Source: Gemmatimonadota bacterium (GTDB lineage Bacteria; JAAXHH01). From it: DNA of 64,000 bases. The notes beneath the pieces were generated by a model. It did not search any database. It was not told where the DNA came from and worked only from the letters and a program-made list of their open reading frames with translations. Below, one piece after another: positions 47,703 through 58,738 of the stretch. Position 1 is the first letter of the stretch. Each line of letters starts with the position of its first letter. The position numbers and the translations under genes were made by a program. The stretch covers positions 1,725,235-1,789,234 of the forward strand of contig VXMB01000009.1 of the NCBI GenBank assembly GCA_009841265.1, in the 5' to 3' direction.

Positions 47703-48671
47703 ATGATGGATATCCATCGGGCCGAAATGCCCGTACGCATCGGCATCTCGTCCTGCCTGCTCGGGGAGCGCGTCCGCTACGACGGCGGGCACAAGCGCGA
47801 CGACTACCTGGTGGACGTGGTCGGCCGTTACGTGGAGTGGATCCCGGTGTGTCCGGAAGTGGAAGCAGGCATGGGTACCCCGCGGGAGACCGTGCAGTTG
47901 ACCCGGGTCGACGGCGATGTCCGGATGCTGACGAAAAACGGGGTCGACCACACCGACATGGTGGACTGGTTCGCCCGCCAACGCGTGCAGACCCTGGAGC
48001 AGGCCCGGCTCAGCGGCTATATCCTGAAGAGCCGGTCACCCTCCTGCGGCATGGGAAGGGTGCCCGTGGTCCAGCCTGAGGGCGCCGCGCTCCGTAACGG
48101 GCGCGGGATATTCGCCCGGCGGCTGATGGATGCCCTGCCCCATCTGCCCGTGGAAGAAGAGCGGCGGCTGCATAACCCGCGGGTCCGGGAGAACTTCATC
48201 AGCCGGGTTTTCGCCTGCTACCGCTGGCTGCAGCTCGCCGATTCGGGCCTGACCCGGCAATCGCTGATGAGCTATCACCGGGCCTACAAGTACCTCCTCA
48301 TGGCGCACAGCCAGGAGGGCACGCGCCGTCTCGGACGGCTGCTGGCGAAACCGGAACGCTACGCCACCACCGGGGAACTGTCGGACGCCTACCTGGGCGA
48401 ATTCAACCGCGTCATGAAAAGAACGCCGTCCCGGCGGAATCACACCAACGTGCTGCAGCACATGGCGGGCTATGTCTCCGACCGGCTCGACGCCCGTACG
48501 CGCCGTGAACTGACGCGCATGATCCAGAAGTACCACGAGGAGCTACTGCCCCTGATCGTGCCCGTGGTCATGCTGCGGCACTACGTGCGCGAGTTCGACA
48601 TCACCTACCTGCAGGACCAGACCTACCTCCAACCCTTTCCCGGCGAACTGATGCTGCTCAACCAGTTGTAG
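47703..48671 (+). CDS. DUF523-DUF1722 (YbgA-like; 2-thiouracil desulfurase-type N-domain)
   Basis: GISSCLLGERVRYDGGHK, VCPEVEAG, KSRSPSCG, HYKY-like/NHTNVLQH, YLQP. Confidence 0.88.
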   Translation: MMDIHRAEMPVRIGISSCLLGERVRYDGGHKRDDYLVDVVGRYVEWIPVCPEVEAGMGTPRETVQLTRVDGDVRMLTKNGVDHTDMVDWFARQRVQTLEQARLSGYILKSRSPSCGMGRVPVVQPEGAALRNGRGIFARRLMDALPHLPVEEERRLHNPRVRENFISRVFACYRWLQLADSGLTRQSLMSYHRAYKYLLMAHSQEGTRRLGRLLAKPERYATTGELSDAYLGEFNRVMKRTPSRRNHTNVLQHMAGYVSDRLDARTRRELTRMIQKYHEELLPLIVPVVMLRHYVREFDITYLQDQTYLQPFPGELMLLNQL

Positions 48672-48704
48672 CCCTGATCTCGAGTTCCGCAAGAAATACT
48701 GTTA

Positions 48705-49631
48705 TCAAGTTGAGTCTAATAGTCGATCAAGTTCTGCGACTATTCCCAGTGTTGAACTAACTGTGGGGGAAAGTTCATCGGATGTTTGCTGGACTTTCTG
48801 TTTCAGTCGGTAAATTGCTGTTCGCGCCTCTTCGTCGTTTGTTCCTTCCTGAAATGTTTTAAGGAATTCGCGCCAAAACACTGTTTTGATTCCACTTAGT
48901 TGTACGTCGTTTAACTTCGTCATGTAAGAATCCATAATCCCAGTACGAGCTAAACGACCAAAGTTCCCTCCACCGTCAGATTCAGGTTTATCTAATACTG
49001 GATCTGATTTTTGTGGGTAAGGAGCAATTCCGTTTGGGATATTTATGACCGTACTCAGTTGAGTTCTTCTAATATGTTGCCAGTGGTAGTTGCGAAACTC
49101 AGCAGCAAATTTTGCAGATTCAATATACGGTTCAAAGAGTATAGGTGAACCGCTTATTACGTTACCGAGAACCCATGGAACGACTACAATCAGGTCCTGC
49201 TTCGTGCAAGCAGCGGCAGTAGTTTGGAATCTCAAACTTGGCTCAGCTTCTTTTGCCAGGAGGTACCAACCTTTGAGCTCGATTCCCATGAGGATCTCAC
49301 CACTTGACGCCTTACGTAATAGGACATCAGGGAAAGTCTGCGCTTGTCGAACAAAACTGTATAGAGGGTACTTTTCTAAAGGATCCCAAGTATTTCGCAT
49401 ATGGTTGAGAGTACCGACTACCTGTTCTTCTATTGTCGCTCCTAAGACCGTATTGAGTGTGTGCAGATCAGTTGCCATAATTCCAGATATCTGCGTCTCC
49501 GTACGGTAATAAACTGGAAGGCTCGCTATCGCTTCTATAACGTCACAATAAAGTTGATAATGCTCCCAGTCACTGTTGGGTGCTTCCTTGACTGGAGCTT
49601 CTGGTACGGTTGGGTTTTCGTTACTATTCAT
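48705..49631 (-). CDS. Putative PD-(D/E)xK restriction endonuclease
   Basis: FPDVLL...GIELKGW catalytic-like motif; ATGA overlap with upstream MTase; AT-rich. Confidence 0.6.
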   Translation of the reverse strand: MNSNENPTVPEAPVKEAPNSDWEHYQLYCDVIEAIASLPVYYRTETQISGIMATDLHTLNTVLGATIEEQVVGTLNHMRNTWDPLEKYPLYSFVRQAQTFPDVLLRKASSGEILMGIELKGWYLLAKEAEPSLRFQTTAAACTKQDLIVVVPWVLGNVISGSPILFEPYIESAKFAAEFRNYHWQHIRRTQLSTVINIPNGIAPYPQKSDPVLDKPESDGGGNFGRLARTGIMDSYMTKLNDVQLSGIKTVFWREFLKTFQEGTNDEEARTAIYRLKQKVQQTSDELSPTVSSTLGIVAELDRLLDST

Positions 49632-50668
49632 TGTTCGGCCAATCTCTCTATCGCAGCAGTATAGAATTCAGGTACTATCTCGGTAGCAAAATACCTTCGG
49701 CTTGATCGATAAGACACTACGGCACCGGGACATAGACCTCCAAAGGGCTCCCAAACAACATCGCCCGAAACCGTTGACGCGCGGACAATACGATCAATGA
49801 ATTTCAGTGGTTTCTGACTCCCGTGCAAACTACGGAATTTGTACTTCATCGCACTGCGAGATCCACGGATACGCTCAGAACCTCCGACTTGGGGTTCTCG
49901 CCAAACATTCGTGATACCAACTTCGCATTTAAATTTAGCTCGCATCTTTTCCCACTGAGAACCTGTTACCGGATTGTTGCCATCCACGCTAAAATAAGGT
50001 CTACCTTTGAGCTCACCGTGTGTATTTGCAAACTCTACCAGCTTTATAAACGTTTCAACTGGCGGGAAGTACCAAAGATGGTCGGCTGTCAGGTACTTCC
50101 TTGTCGCAGCATTGAGTACACCGCACGCTTCATTTGCTAAACGCAAAGGTAAACCTGTTCGTTTCCACTCGTACCTTAGCCATTCCTGCATATTGTAAGA
50201 TTCACTATCAACTTGAAATCTGGTAGCTTTAACATAATGTACGCACACTTCCGTAACTACAGGGAACTTCCTTAGAGTCTGGGTGTTTGCGTTTCCTGCA
50301 ATATGTCCTATTCCCTTATCCCAGATGTTACAACAACGATACTCCCACCCGTTCGATACAAGGACCGGATGTACCGTAGCCCAACCTACTTCGGTATTCC
50401 AGAACCATAGGGTGGTAGATGGTGTAGAAAACATGCTCCAAGCTTTTATGTGTTGCTCGTACCAATCTGCCAATGAATCAGCGGTATGACTGTCACCAGG
50501 AAACCCCCCGATACCGTAAGGACCATCAGAGATTATACAAGATGGCGGTGGCCAGTTTGCGTATTGACTTTCTGCATGGTCAAAGTGAATTGACACCTGA
50601 TTGCGAGTGTAAGACTCACCTTTTTCTGGTGAATTTGTGGATTGTTTTTCACTTAGTTGAACTGACAT
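49628..50668 (-). CDS. Beta-class amino (N6-A/N4-C) DNA methyltransferase
   Basis: N-terminal ISDGPYG (DPPY-like motif IV), WDKG, HGSQKPL, C-terminal VWEPFGG (motif I variant), EI...Y..A..RL. Confidence 0.82.
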   Translation of the reverse strand: MSVQLSEKQSTNSPEKGESYTRNQVSIHFDHAESQYANWPPPSCIISDGPYGIGGFPGDSHTADSLADWYEQHIKAWSMFSTPSTTLWFWNTEVGWATVHPVLVSNGWEYRCCNIWDKGIGHIAGNANTQTLRKFPVVTEVCVHYVKATRFQVDSESYNMQEWLRYEWKRTGLPLRLANEACGVLNAATRKYLTADHLWYFPPVETFIKLVEFANTHGELKGRPYFSVDGNNPVTGSQWEKMRAKFKCEVGITNVWREPQVGGSERIRGSRSAMKYKFRSLHGSQKPLKFIDRIVRASTVSGDVVWEPFGGLCPGAVVSYRSSRRYFATEIVPEFYTAAIERLAEQ

Positions 50669-50994
50669 TCAATAAACCATTGTTGTGTAACACATATTAT
50701 ATTTTGTGTGCAGTTGATTAATCGCTTTTCTGAGTCATGAGTTTTAAGCAAGTCTAACGAAGGCGCGGACTAGGGTAGTTCTATTAGAAGAAGCTATCGT
50801 GGTAGTGTCAAGTGGATTCCATTTGCAACAGAATCTAGTGACAGGTTTAACCTTCTCGGCTTACTATTGATGTTTCTAAATCCTTTCTACAAAGTACTTG
50901 ACCGTTACATCCATTAGATGAATTTTCCCTTGTTTGAGTGAGAACGTATCGTGGTCGTAATATACACCTTAGGAATTCATGGTGATCGGCTTTT

Positions 50995-51771
50995 ATGGTA
51001 GATAACCTGGTTTCCATCCAGCTCACCGACGCGCAGGTCGCCCGGTTCCACGAAGAAGGCTATCTCGTCGTCCCGGACCTGCTGACGGCGGATGAAGTCG
51101 AGGCGTTCGTCCGGCACCAGGCCGATCCGGAAGCCGAGTCCCTGAAGCAGGGGCTCCGTACCCACCTTTCGGACCCCTTCTGGCGCCGGCTGTCCCACCA
51201 TCCCAACGTGGCCGGCGTCGCCCGCCGGATCCTGGGCGGACGGCCCCGCATCGTACAGACCATGTACATGGCCAAGGAACCGGCCAAGCCGGACGAGGAA
51301 CTGGGCGGCGCCGGCATCTCGCTGCACCAGGATTCCCACTACCTGCCCAACGAGCCCGACACGTTGATGGCCTGCTGGATCGCCATGAGCGATACCGATC
51401 CGGAGAACGGCGGACTTTGCGTGGCGCCGGGCAGCCACAAGGACACCCTTCGGGAAACAACCCTGAATACCAATCCGGAGCACATGAGCTGGGAAAACGA
51501 CTACGGCATGAGATCGCCGGACGGCCGCGAATGGACCGAGAAGCTCTACTCCTTCGACGTGGTGGGCATCGAGGAGGAAGACCTCGTCCGGCTGACGGTG
51601 CCGCGCGGCAGCGGGGTGTTCTTTACCAGCAGGACGGTGCACGGTTCCTACGCCAACCGGTCGCACACCCGGCCGCGCCTGGCCTTCGCCGTCCACTACG
51701 TGAAGGACGGCACCTGGGTGTTCCGGACCGACGTACAGGATACAACCCCGGTGGATCTGCCGGGAGCCTGA
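50995..51771 (+). CDS. PhyH-family dioxygenase
   Basis: LHQDSHY, WIAM, VAPGSH, TVHGSYAN, RLAF. Confidence 0.9.
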   Translation: MVDNLVSIQLTDAQVARFHEEGYLVVPDLLTADEVEAFVRHQADPEAESLKQGLRTHLSDPFWRRLSHHPNVAGVARRILGGRPRIVQTMYMAKEPAKPDEELGGAGISLHQDSHYLPNEPDTLMACWIAMSDTDPENGGLCVAPGSHKDTLRETTLNTNPEHMSWENDYGMRSPDGREWTEKLYSFDVVGIEEEDLVRLTVPRGSGVFFTSRTVHGSYANRSHTRPRLAFAVHYVKDGTWVFRTDVQDTTPVDLPGA

Positions 51772-51809
51772 CCCAGGTTTATACTGGAGATTCATTTCCT
51801 GGAGAATCG

Positions 51810-52781
51810 ATGGAACGCCTGAACGTCCTGCTGCTTCCCGTACGCCCCATTTACAGCCCGTGGTGCGTGGACATCCGGACGGCCATCGGCGACCGCCACG
51901 AATTGCGGGACCTCGACGATGCCAGACCCCTGGCGCCCCAGTTCGCCGGCGTGGACGTGGTGATCGACCAGGGCGGAAGCCGGGGCACGCGGGAGATGAT
52001 GGACGCGGCGGCCGACTGCCGGCTGTGGCAGATCGTGGGCACGGGATTCGACCACTTCGAACTGGCCTATATCAAGACGAAGGGCATCCCCACGGCCAAT
52101 ACCCCCGGACTGTTCAGCGACGTCGCCCTGGCCGAGACCGCCATGATGTTCATCATTATGGTATCGCGGCGGTACCGGGAAGCGGTGGACAATTTACGAC
52201 AAGGCCGCATGTACAATCCGCTCGGATACGAGCTGGAGCACCAGACGCTGGGCATCGTGGGATTCGGCGCGAGCGGCCAGGCGCTGGCCCGCCGGGCGAA
52301 ACCCTTCGGCATGCGGATCCTGGGGATCGACGTCCGGGAGATCGAATCCGAGGTGCTTGACGACATTGAGCCGGACTTCATCGGCGGCCCGGACGACCTG
52401 GACCGGGTCGTGGCCGAAAGCGACTTCCTCTCCCTGCACCTGCATCTGAACGACGAGACCCGCCATATCATCGACGGCCGGCGGCTGGGGCTCATGAAAC
52501 CGACGGCCAGCGTCATCAACGTGGCCCGCGGCGCCCTCGTGGACGAAGCGGCCCTCTACGACGCCCTGGTCGAGGGGAAGATCGGCGGGGCCGGCCTCGA
52601 CGTCTTCGCCCAGGAACCGCCCGATCCTTCCCTGCCCGTCTACCAGTTGCCCAACGTGGTCGTCACGCCCCATATCGCCGGGGTGACGGACGGTACCTCC
52701 CGCCGGCGGGCCGCCGCGGCCGCGGAGAACACGGACCGGGTCGCCCAGGGCCTGGAACCCCTGTACCGGATCGACCTGTGA
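51810..52781 (+). CDS. D-2-hydroxyacid dehydrogenase family
   Basis: GIVGFGASG, INVARG, GLDVF..EP, TPHIAG; ATG 51810 with SD. Confidence 0.9.
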   Translation: MERLNVLLLPVRPIYSPWCVDIRTAIGDRHELRDLDDARPLAPQFAGVDVVIDQGGSRGTREMMDAAADCRLWQIVGTGFDHFELAYIKTKGIPTANTPGLFSDVALAETAMMFIIMVSRRYREAVDNLRQGRMYNPLGYELEHQTLGIVGFGASGQALARRAKPFGMRILGIDVREIESEVLDDIEPDFIGGPDDLDRVVAESDFLSLHLHLNDETRHIIDGRRLGLMKPTASVINVARGALVDEAALYDALVEGKIGGAGLDVFAQEPPDPSLPVYQLPNVVVTPHIAGVTDGTSRRRAAAAAENTDRVAQGLEPLYRIDL

Positions 52782-52815
52782 CCTGCCGGCCACCTATCCC
52801 GGAAACCCGACCTCC

Positions 52816-54474
52816 ATGCAACAGATGACCACCGCCGAAGCCATCGTCCGGACGCTGATCGGTCACGGAATCGATACCGTCTTCGGACTGCCGGGCGTGC
52901 AGAACGACGCCCTCTACAACGCCTTCTACGACCATCGGGACGAAATACGCCTCGTCCACACGCGCCACGAGCAGGGCGCGGCGTACATGGCGCTCGGATA
53001 CGCCCTCTCGACGGACCGGCCCGGGGTCTACAACGTGGTCCCTGGACCGGGGTTTCTCAACGGGACCGCCGCCCTTTCCACGGCCTATGCCACCAACGCG
53101 AAGGTGCTCTGCCTGACGGGCGAGATCCCTACGAAGTACCTTGGGCGGCACACGGGCCAGCTGCACGAGATCAACGGCCAGCTCGATGTGCTGCGGTCCC
53201 TGACCAAGTGGGCCGCACGGATCGACAGTACCGCCGGTGCGCCTTCCAGAACGGCCGAGGCCATCCGGCAGCTGAATTCCGGCCGGCCGCGCCCCGTGGG
53301 CCTGGAATGTCCCTGGGACGTGCTCGCGTCCGAAGGCGAAGCGCCGCCCATTCCGGAACCGTTACCCATATCCAATCCCCCGGTGGACACGGAGATGCTG
53401 GAAGCCGCCGCGCGGAAACTGGGCCGGGCCGAAAACCCCATGATCTTCGTCGGCCGCGGCGCCATGAACGTTTCCGGGGAGATCACGCGGCTCGCCGAAC
53501 TGCTTCAGGCGCCGGTCATCGGGTACCGGACGGGCCGCGGCGTGCTCGACAGCCGCCACTATCTGAGCCATCCCAATCCCGCGGCCCACAAGCTCTGGCC
53601 GAAGGTGGACGTCGTCCTCGCCGTGGGATCCCGCCTGGCGATCCCACAGCTTTACTGGGGCGTGGACGAGCACCTGACGACCATCCGCATCGAAGTGGAC
53701 GCCAGGGCCCAGGACCGCATCGCCCGGCCGGACATCGCCATCACCGCACGGTCCGAAGACGCCATGCCCCTGCTGGTCGAAGCGGTGGAAAGGCACAACC
53801 GCGTTCGTGCGTCCAGGGAAGCCGAAATGCGCGCGCTTAGAGCGGAGACCGAGGAGATGTTCGCGTTCCTGGAACCCCAGACTTCCTTTCTGCGGGTGAT
53901 CCGGGAAGAACTGGGCGAGGACGGCCTCTTCGTGGAAGAACTGACGCAGGTGGGTTACGCCGCCCGGCAGATCATGCCGGTGTACAAACCCTACACCTTT
54001 GTCTCCACGGGCTACCAGGGCACCCTGGGCTGGGGCTTCCCGACGGCCCTCGGCGTGAAGGTCGCCCACCCGGACAAACCCGTCATCTCCGTAACGGGCG
54101 ACGGCGGGTTCATGTTCGGCGTGCAGGAACTGGCCACGGCCGTCCAGCACCGCATCGGCCTGGTGACACTCCTTTTCAACGACAACGCCTACGGCAACGT
54201 GAAGCGGATGCAGCAGAAACTGTACGGCAACCGGGTGATCGCGTCCGACCTGCACAACCCCGATTTCGTCCGGATGGCCGAATCCTTCGGCGCCCGGGGC
54301 ATCAGGGCGGAGACCCCGGAGGAACTGCGCCGGGCCATCCGCGAGGGGTTTGCCGAAGACGGTCCCACCCTGGTGGAGATCCCGGTGGGCGAGATGCCGG
54401 ACGTGGACCGCTTCAAGCGGGGGGCCCGCGTACGGGGCACGGCCGAACGCTCCGAGCACGCCCTGCAATGGTAA
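52816..54474 (+). CDS. TPP-dependent enzyme (2-oxo-acid decarboxylase/ALS-like)
   Basis: FGLPGVQ, RHEQGA, PGPG, GTLGWG, GDGGF, NDNAYG. Confidence 0.9.
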   Translation: MQQMTTAEAIVRTLIGHGIDTVFGLPGVQNDALYNAFYDHRDEIRLVHTRHEQGAAYMALGYALSTDRPGVYNVVPGPGFLNGTAALSTAYATNAKVLCLTGEIPTKYLGRHTGQLHEINGQLDVLRSLTKWAARIDSTAGAPSRTAEAIRQLNSGRPRPVGLECPWDVLASEGEAPPIPEPLPISNPPVDTEMLEAAARKLGRAENPMIFVGRGAMNVSGEITRLAELLQAPVIGYRTGRGVLDSRHYLSHPNPAAHKLWPKVDVVLAVGSRLAIPQLYWGVDEHLTTIRIEVDARAQDRIARPDIAITARSEDAMPLLVEAVERHNRVRASREAEMRALRAETEEMFAFLEPQTSFLRVIREELGEDGLFVEELTQVGYAARQIMPVYKPYTFVSTGYQGTLGWGFPTALGVKVAHPDKPVISVTGDGGFMFGVQELATAVQHRIGLVTLLFNDNAYGNVKRMQQKLYGNRVIASDLHNPDFVRMAESFGARGIRAETPEELRRAIREGFAEDGPTLVEIPVGEMPDVDRFKRGARVRGTAERSEHALQW

Positions 54475-54509
54475 GGCCCGGCAGCCAGCCCGCAGGACAC
54501 GCACAGCAC

Positions 54510-55382
54510 ATGTTTCTGATACCCGAAGACAGCGGACTTTTTCGGACCCTTCGGCATCTGGTGGACACCCGGAAGATGGTTTTCCTCGCCGGACTGCCGG
54601 GCACAGGAAAGAGCCTGCTTCTGCAGCAGTTGGCCATCCTGGCCCACGGCCGCGGGCGCACGCCCCACCTGCTCCAGTGGGACGTCTGCCGGCTGCCGTT
54701 CTTGACAAACGACCGCGTGAAGGAACATTATCACGAGCAGGACGGGATCACCCACGCCGGCGTCCGCAAGGCCGTGGGCCTGTGGGCCAGGCGCGCCGTC
54801 GGGCACTGGGCCGATGCGCACCGGGACGACCGGGATATCCTCATCGGCGAGGTCCCGATCATCGGCAACCGGCTGGTCGAACTCGTCCGCAGGGAGCAGG
54901 ACCCCGTCGAGGCCCTGCTCTCGGACGGGGAATCCGCCTGCTTCGCCATACCGACGCCCTCCCGGCGGGTCAGGCGGCTCATCGAGACACAGCGCAAGGA
55001 ACGTAGCGTCAGCCCGCTGCACGAGCGGGAGAAGGGGGACGCGCAGCCCGACATCATGTATGCGCTGTGGGAAGACCTGCGGGAGGTGGCGTCGCGATTC
55101 GGCCTGCTCGATGAAACAGGGCAGGCATGCGGGGCGGGCGAGTACGATCCGGACCTGTATTGCGACACCTATTCCGCCCTGCTCAAGCGCCGGCCCGCGG
55201 GCCGGATCGACCTGGACATGCTCCTGTCCACGGAAGGCCGGTCGGTCTACGACCTTTCCGCCGGACAGCGGGACCTCGTCCCGTCGGCGCCGGAAGTGGA
55301 AGCCGCCATCCAGGAAATGGAAGACCGGTATGCCCGTCCCGAAGCGTTGGCGCAAGCCGTGGAACAGTGGTATGAGGTGTAA
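54510..55382 (+). CDS. Hypothetical P-loop NTPase
   Basis: FLAGLPGTGKS Walker A, ILIGE Walker-B-like; host-like codon usage. Confidence 0.65.
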   Translation: MFLIPEDSGLFRTLRHLVDTRKMVFLAGLPGTGKSLLLQQLAILAHGRGRTPHLLQWDVCRLPFLTNDRVKEHYHEQDGITHAGVRKAVGLWARRAVGHWADAHRDDRDILIGEVPIIGNRLVELVRREQDPVEALLSDGESACFAIPTPSRRVRRLIETQRKERSVSPLHEREKGDAQPDIMYALWEDLREVASRFGLLDETGQACGAGEYDPDLYCDTYSALLKRRPAGRIDLDMLLSTEGRSVYDLSAGQRDLVPSAPEVEAAIQEMEDRYARPEALAQAVEQWYEV

Positions 55383-55404
55383 CAGTGCATAACGGAGATC
55401 AAGT

Positions 55405-56156
55405 ATGAAAACCGCACGCTTCGCCTGCAACGGCCAGGTCCTCGAGGCCGTCTTCGAGAACGGACAACTCATGGTGGGCACGGTCGCCTACGATCCGGAG
55501 GACGTCATGTTCCTGCCGCCGGTAGCCCATACGAGCAAGGCCATCGGCGTCGCGCTGGGGTACACCGAGCACGCGAAGGAACTGAACCTGGACCTGCCCG
55601 AGGAACCCATCCTGTTCAACAAGATGCCCCAGACCTTTATCGGCCACCGGGCGAAGATCGTCGTGCCCCCGGAATTCGACTACCTGCACTACGAATGCGA
55701 GCTCGTCGCCGTGATCGGCCGGCCCGCCCGGAAGGTGAAGGCCGCACAGGCCCTGGACTACGTGGGGGGCTACACCATCGGCAACGACCTGACGATCCGG
55801 GACTTCGTGAGCAACTACTTCAGGCCGCCGATCAAGGCCAAGGGTTTCGATACTTTCGGCCCGCTCGGCCCCTTCCTGACCACCGCGGACGAAATCGATC
55901 CCACCGACGTGCACCTGCGCACCTACGTCAACGGGGAACTCCGACAGGAAGGCTGGACCGGCGACCTGCGCCACGGCGTCGCCGAACTCATCGAGTACAT
56001 CACCGCCTACATGACCCTGAACCCCGGGGACATGATCTGGACGGGCACGCCGGAAGGCATATCCCACATCCACGCGGGCGACAGCCTCCGGCTGGAAGTG
56101 GACGGACTGGGCGCCCTGGAAAACGACGTGGTGGCCAGTCTCAAGGAGGGCGGATC

Positions 56157-56160
<4 letters not shown>
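55405..56160 (+). CDS. Fumarylacetoacetate hydrolase family (HpaG-like, single domain)
   Basis: YECEL, YTIGND, KGFDTFGPLGP, WTGTPEG. Confidence 0.88.
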
Positions 56161-57689
<1,529 letters not shown>

Positions 57690-57700
57690 GAGGACGCATC

Positions 57701-58696
57701 GTGGCCCTTCCCGCAGCGAATCCTTCCCCGCCCTTCAATATCGTCCGCGCCAGCCATGCGGAGTGGGGGGTGACGGACCTGGACTACGCCCGCGACTTCT
57801 ATATCGACCTGCTAGGGTACGTATGCGAGGACGACGCGGGGGACAGGCTCTTCCTGCGCGGCATGGAGGAACGGAACCACCATTCGCTGATCCTGACGAA
57901 GGCGGACGAACCGGTCGTGCACCGCATCGCCTTCAAGGTCGCCGGAGACGCCGACCTGGACCGGGCCGAAGCCTTCTATGACGACGCCGGTTGCCGGACG
58001 GCTTTCGTTGACCGGTACGCCCAGGGCCGTACGCTGCACGTGGACGATCCCTTCGGCATCCCCCTGGAGTTCTATCACGAGATGGAGCGCCGGGACCTGC
58101 TGCTGCAGGAGTACCACCGTTACCACGGCGCCCATATCCAGCGCATCGACCATTTCAACCTGTTCTCCCATGACGTGAACGGGATGACGGCCTTCTACAC
58201 CGAGTCGCTGGGGTTCCGGCCGACGGAGGTGACCGTGGCCGACATCGGGGACGAGCACTCCGACCTCTGGGCCACCTGGCTGCACCGCCGGGGCGGCGTC
58301 CACGACATCGCCTTCACTAACGGGCTGGGGCCGCGCCTGCATCACATCGGCGTCTACGTGCCCACGGCTATGGACATCATCCATTTCTGCGACCGGCTGG
58401 CCAGCTCGGAACACCGCGACGCCTTCGAGCGGGGACCGGGGCGCCACGGCATCTCGAACGCCTTCTTCCTGTACCTCTTCGACCGGGACGGCCACCGGAT
58501 CGAGCTGTTCACGGGAGACTACGTCACCGTCGACCCGGATCATCCCGCGCGGGTCTGGGACCTGAAGGACACCCGGCGCCAGACCCTGTGGGGGCAGGCC
58601 GCCCCGCGGTCCTGGTTCGAGCACGGCACCCGATTTAACGGGGTCGAACCCGTCCCTTCGCGACTTGAAGCCGCACCGGTCATCGCACCGGAATGA
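57701..58696 (+). CDS. hpaD: 3,4-dihydroxyphenylacetate 2,3-dioxygenase (VOC type)
   Basis: IDHFN, VHDIAFT, PRLHH, ERGPGRHGISNAFFLY, GHRIELF. Confidence 0.92.
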   Translation: MALPAANPSPPFNIVRASHAEWGVTDLDYARDFYIDLLGYVCEDDAGDRLFLRGMEERNHHSLILTKADEPVVHRIAFKVAGDADLDRAEAFYDDAGCRTAFVDRYAQGRTLHVDDPFGIPLEFYHEMERRDLLLQEYHRYHGAHIQRIDHFNLFSHDVNGMTAFYTESLGFRPTEVTVADIGDEHSDLWATWLHRRGGVHDIAFTNGLGPRLHHIGVYVPTAMDIIHFCDRLASSEHRDAFERGPGRHGISNAFFLYLFDRDGHRIELFTGDYVTVDPDHPARVWDLKDTRRQTLWGQAAPRSWFEHGTRFNGVEPVPSRLEAAPVIAPE

Positions 58697-58738
58697 GTAC
58701 ATGACGAACATCCAGGCCGCAATCCAACAGGAGCGCTC

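Larger units (their letters stand above)
48690..50990. mobile_element. AT-rich horizontally acquired islet carrying the MTase/nuclease pair
   Basis: Abrupt GC drop (roughly mid-40s % by eye vs mid/high-60s in flanks); no integrase, transposase or TSD seen; boundaries approximate. Confidence 0.65.

Noticed and set aside
48672-50994. Target-site duplication, att sites or C-protein gene for the AT-rich islet
   Set aside because: No matching flanking repeats seen; only very short ORFs upstream of the MTase.
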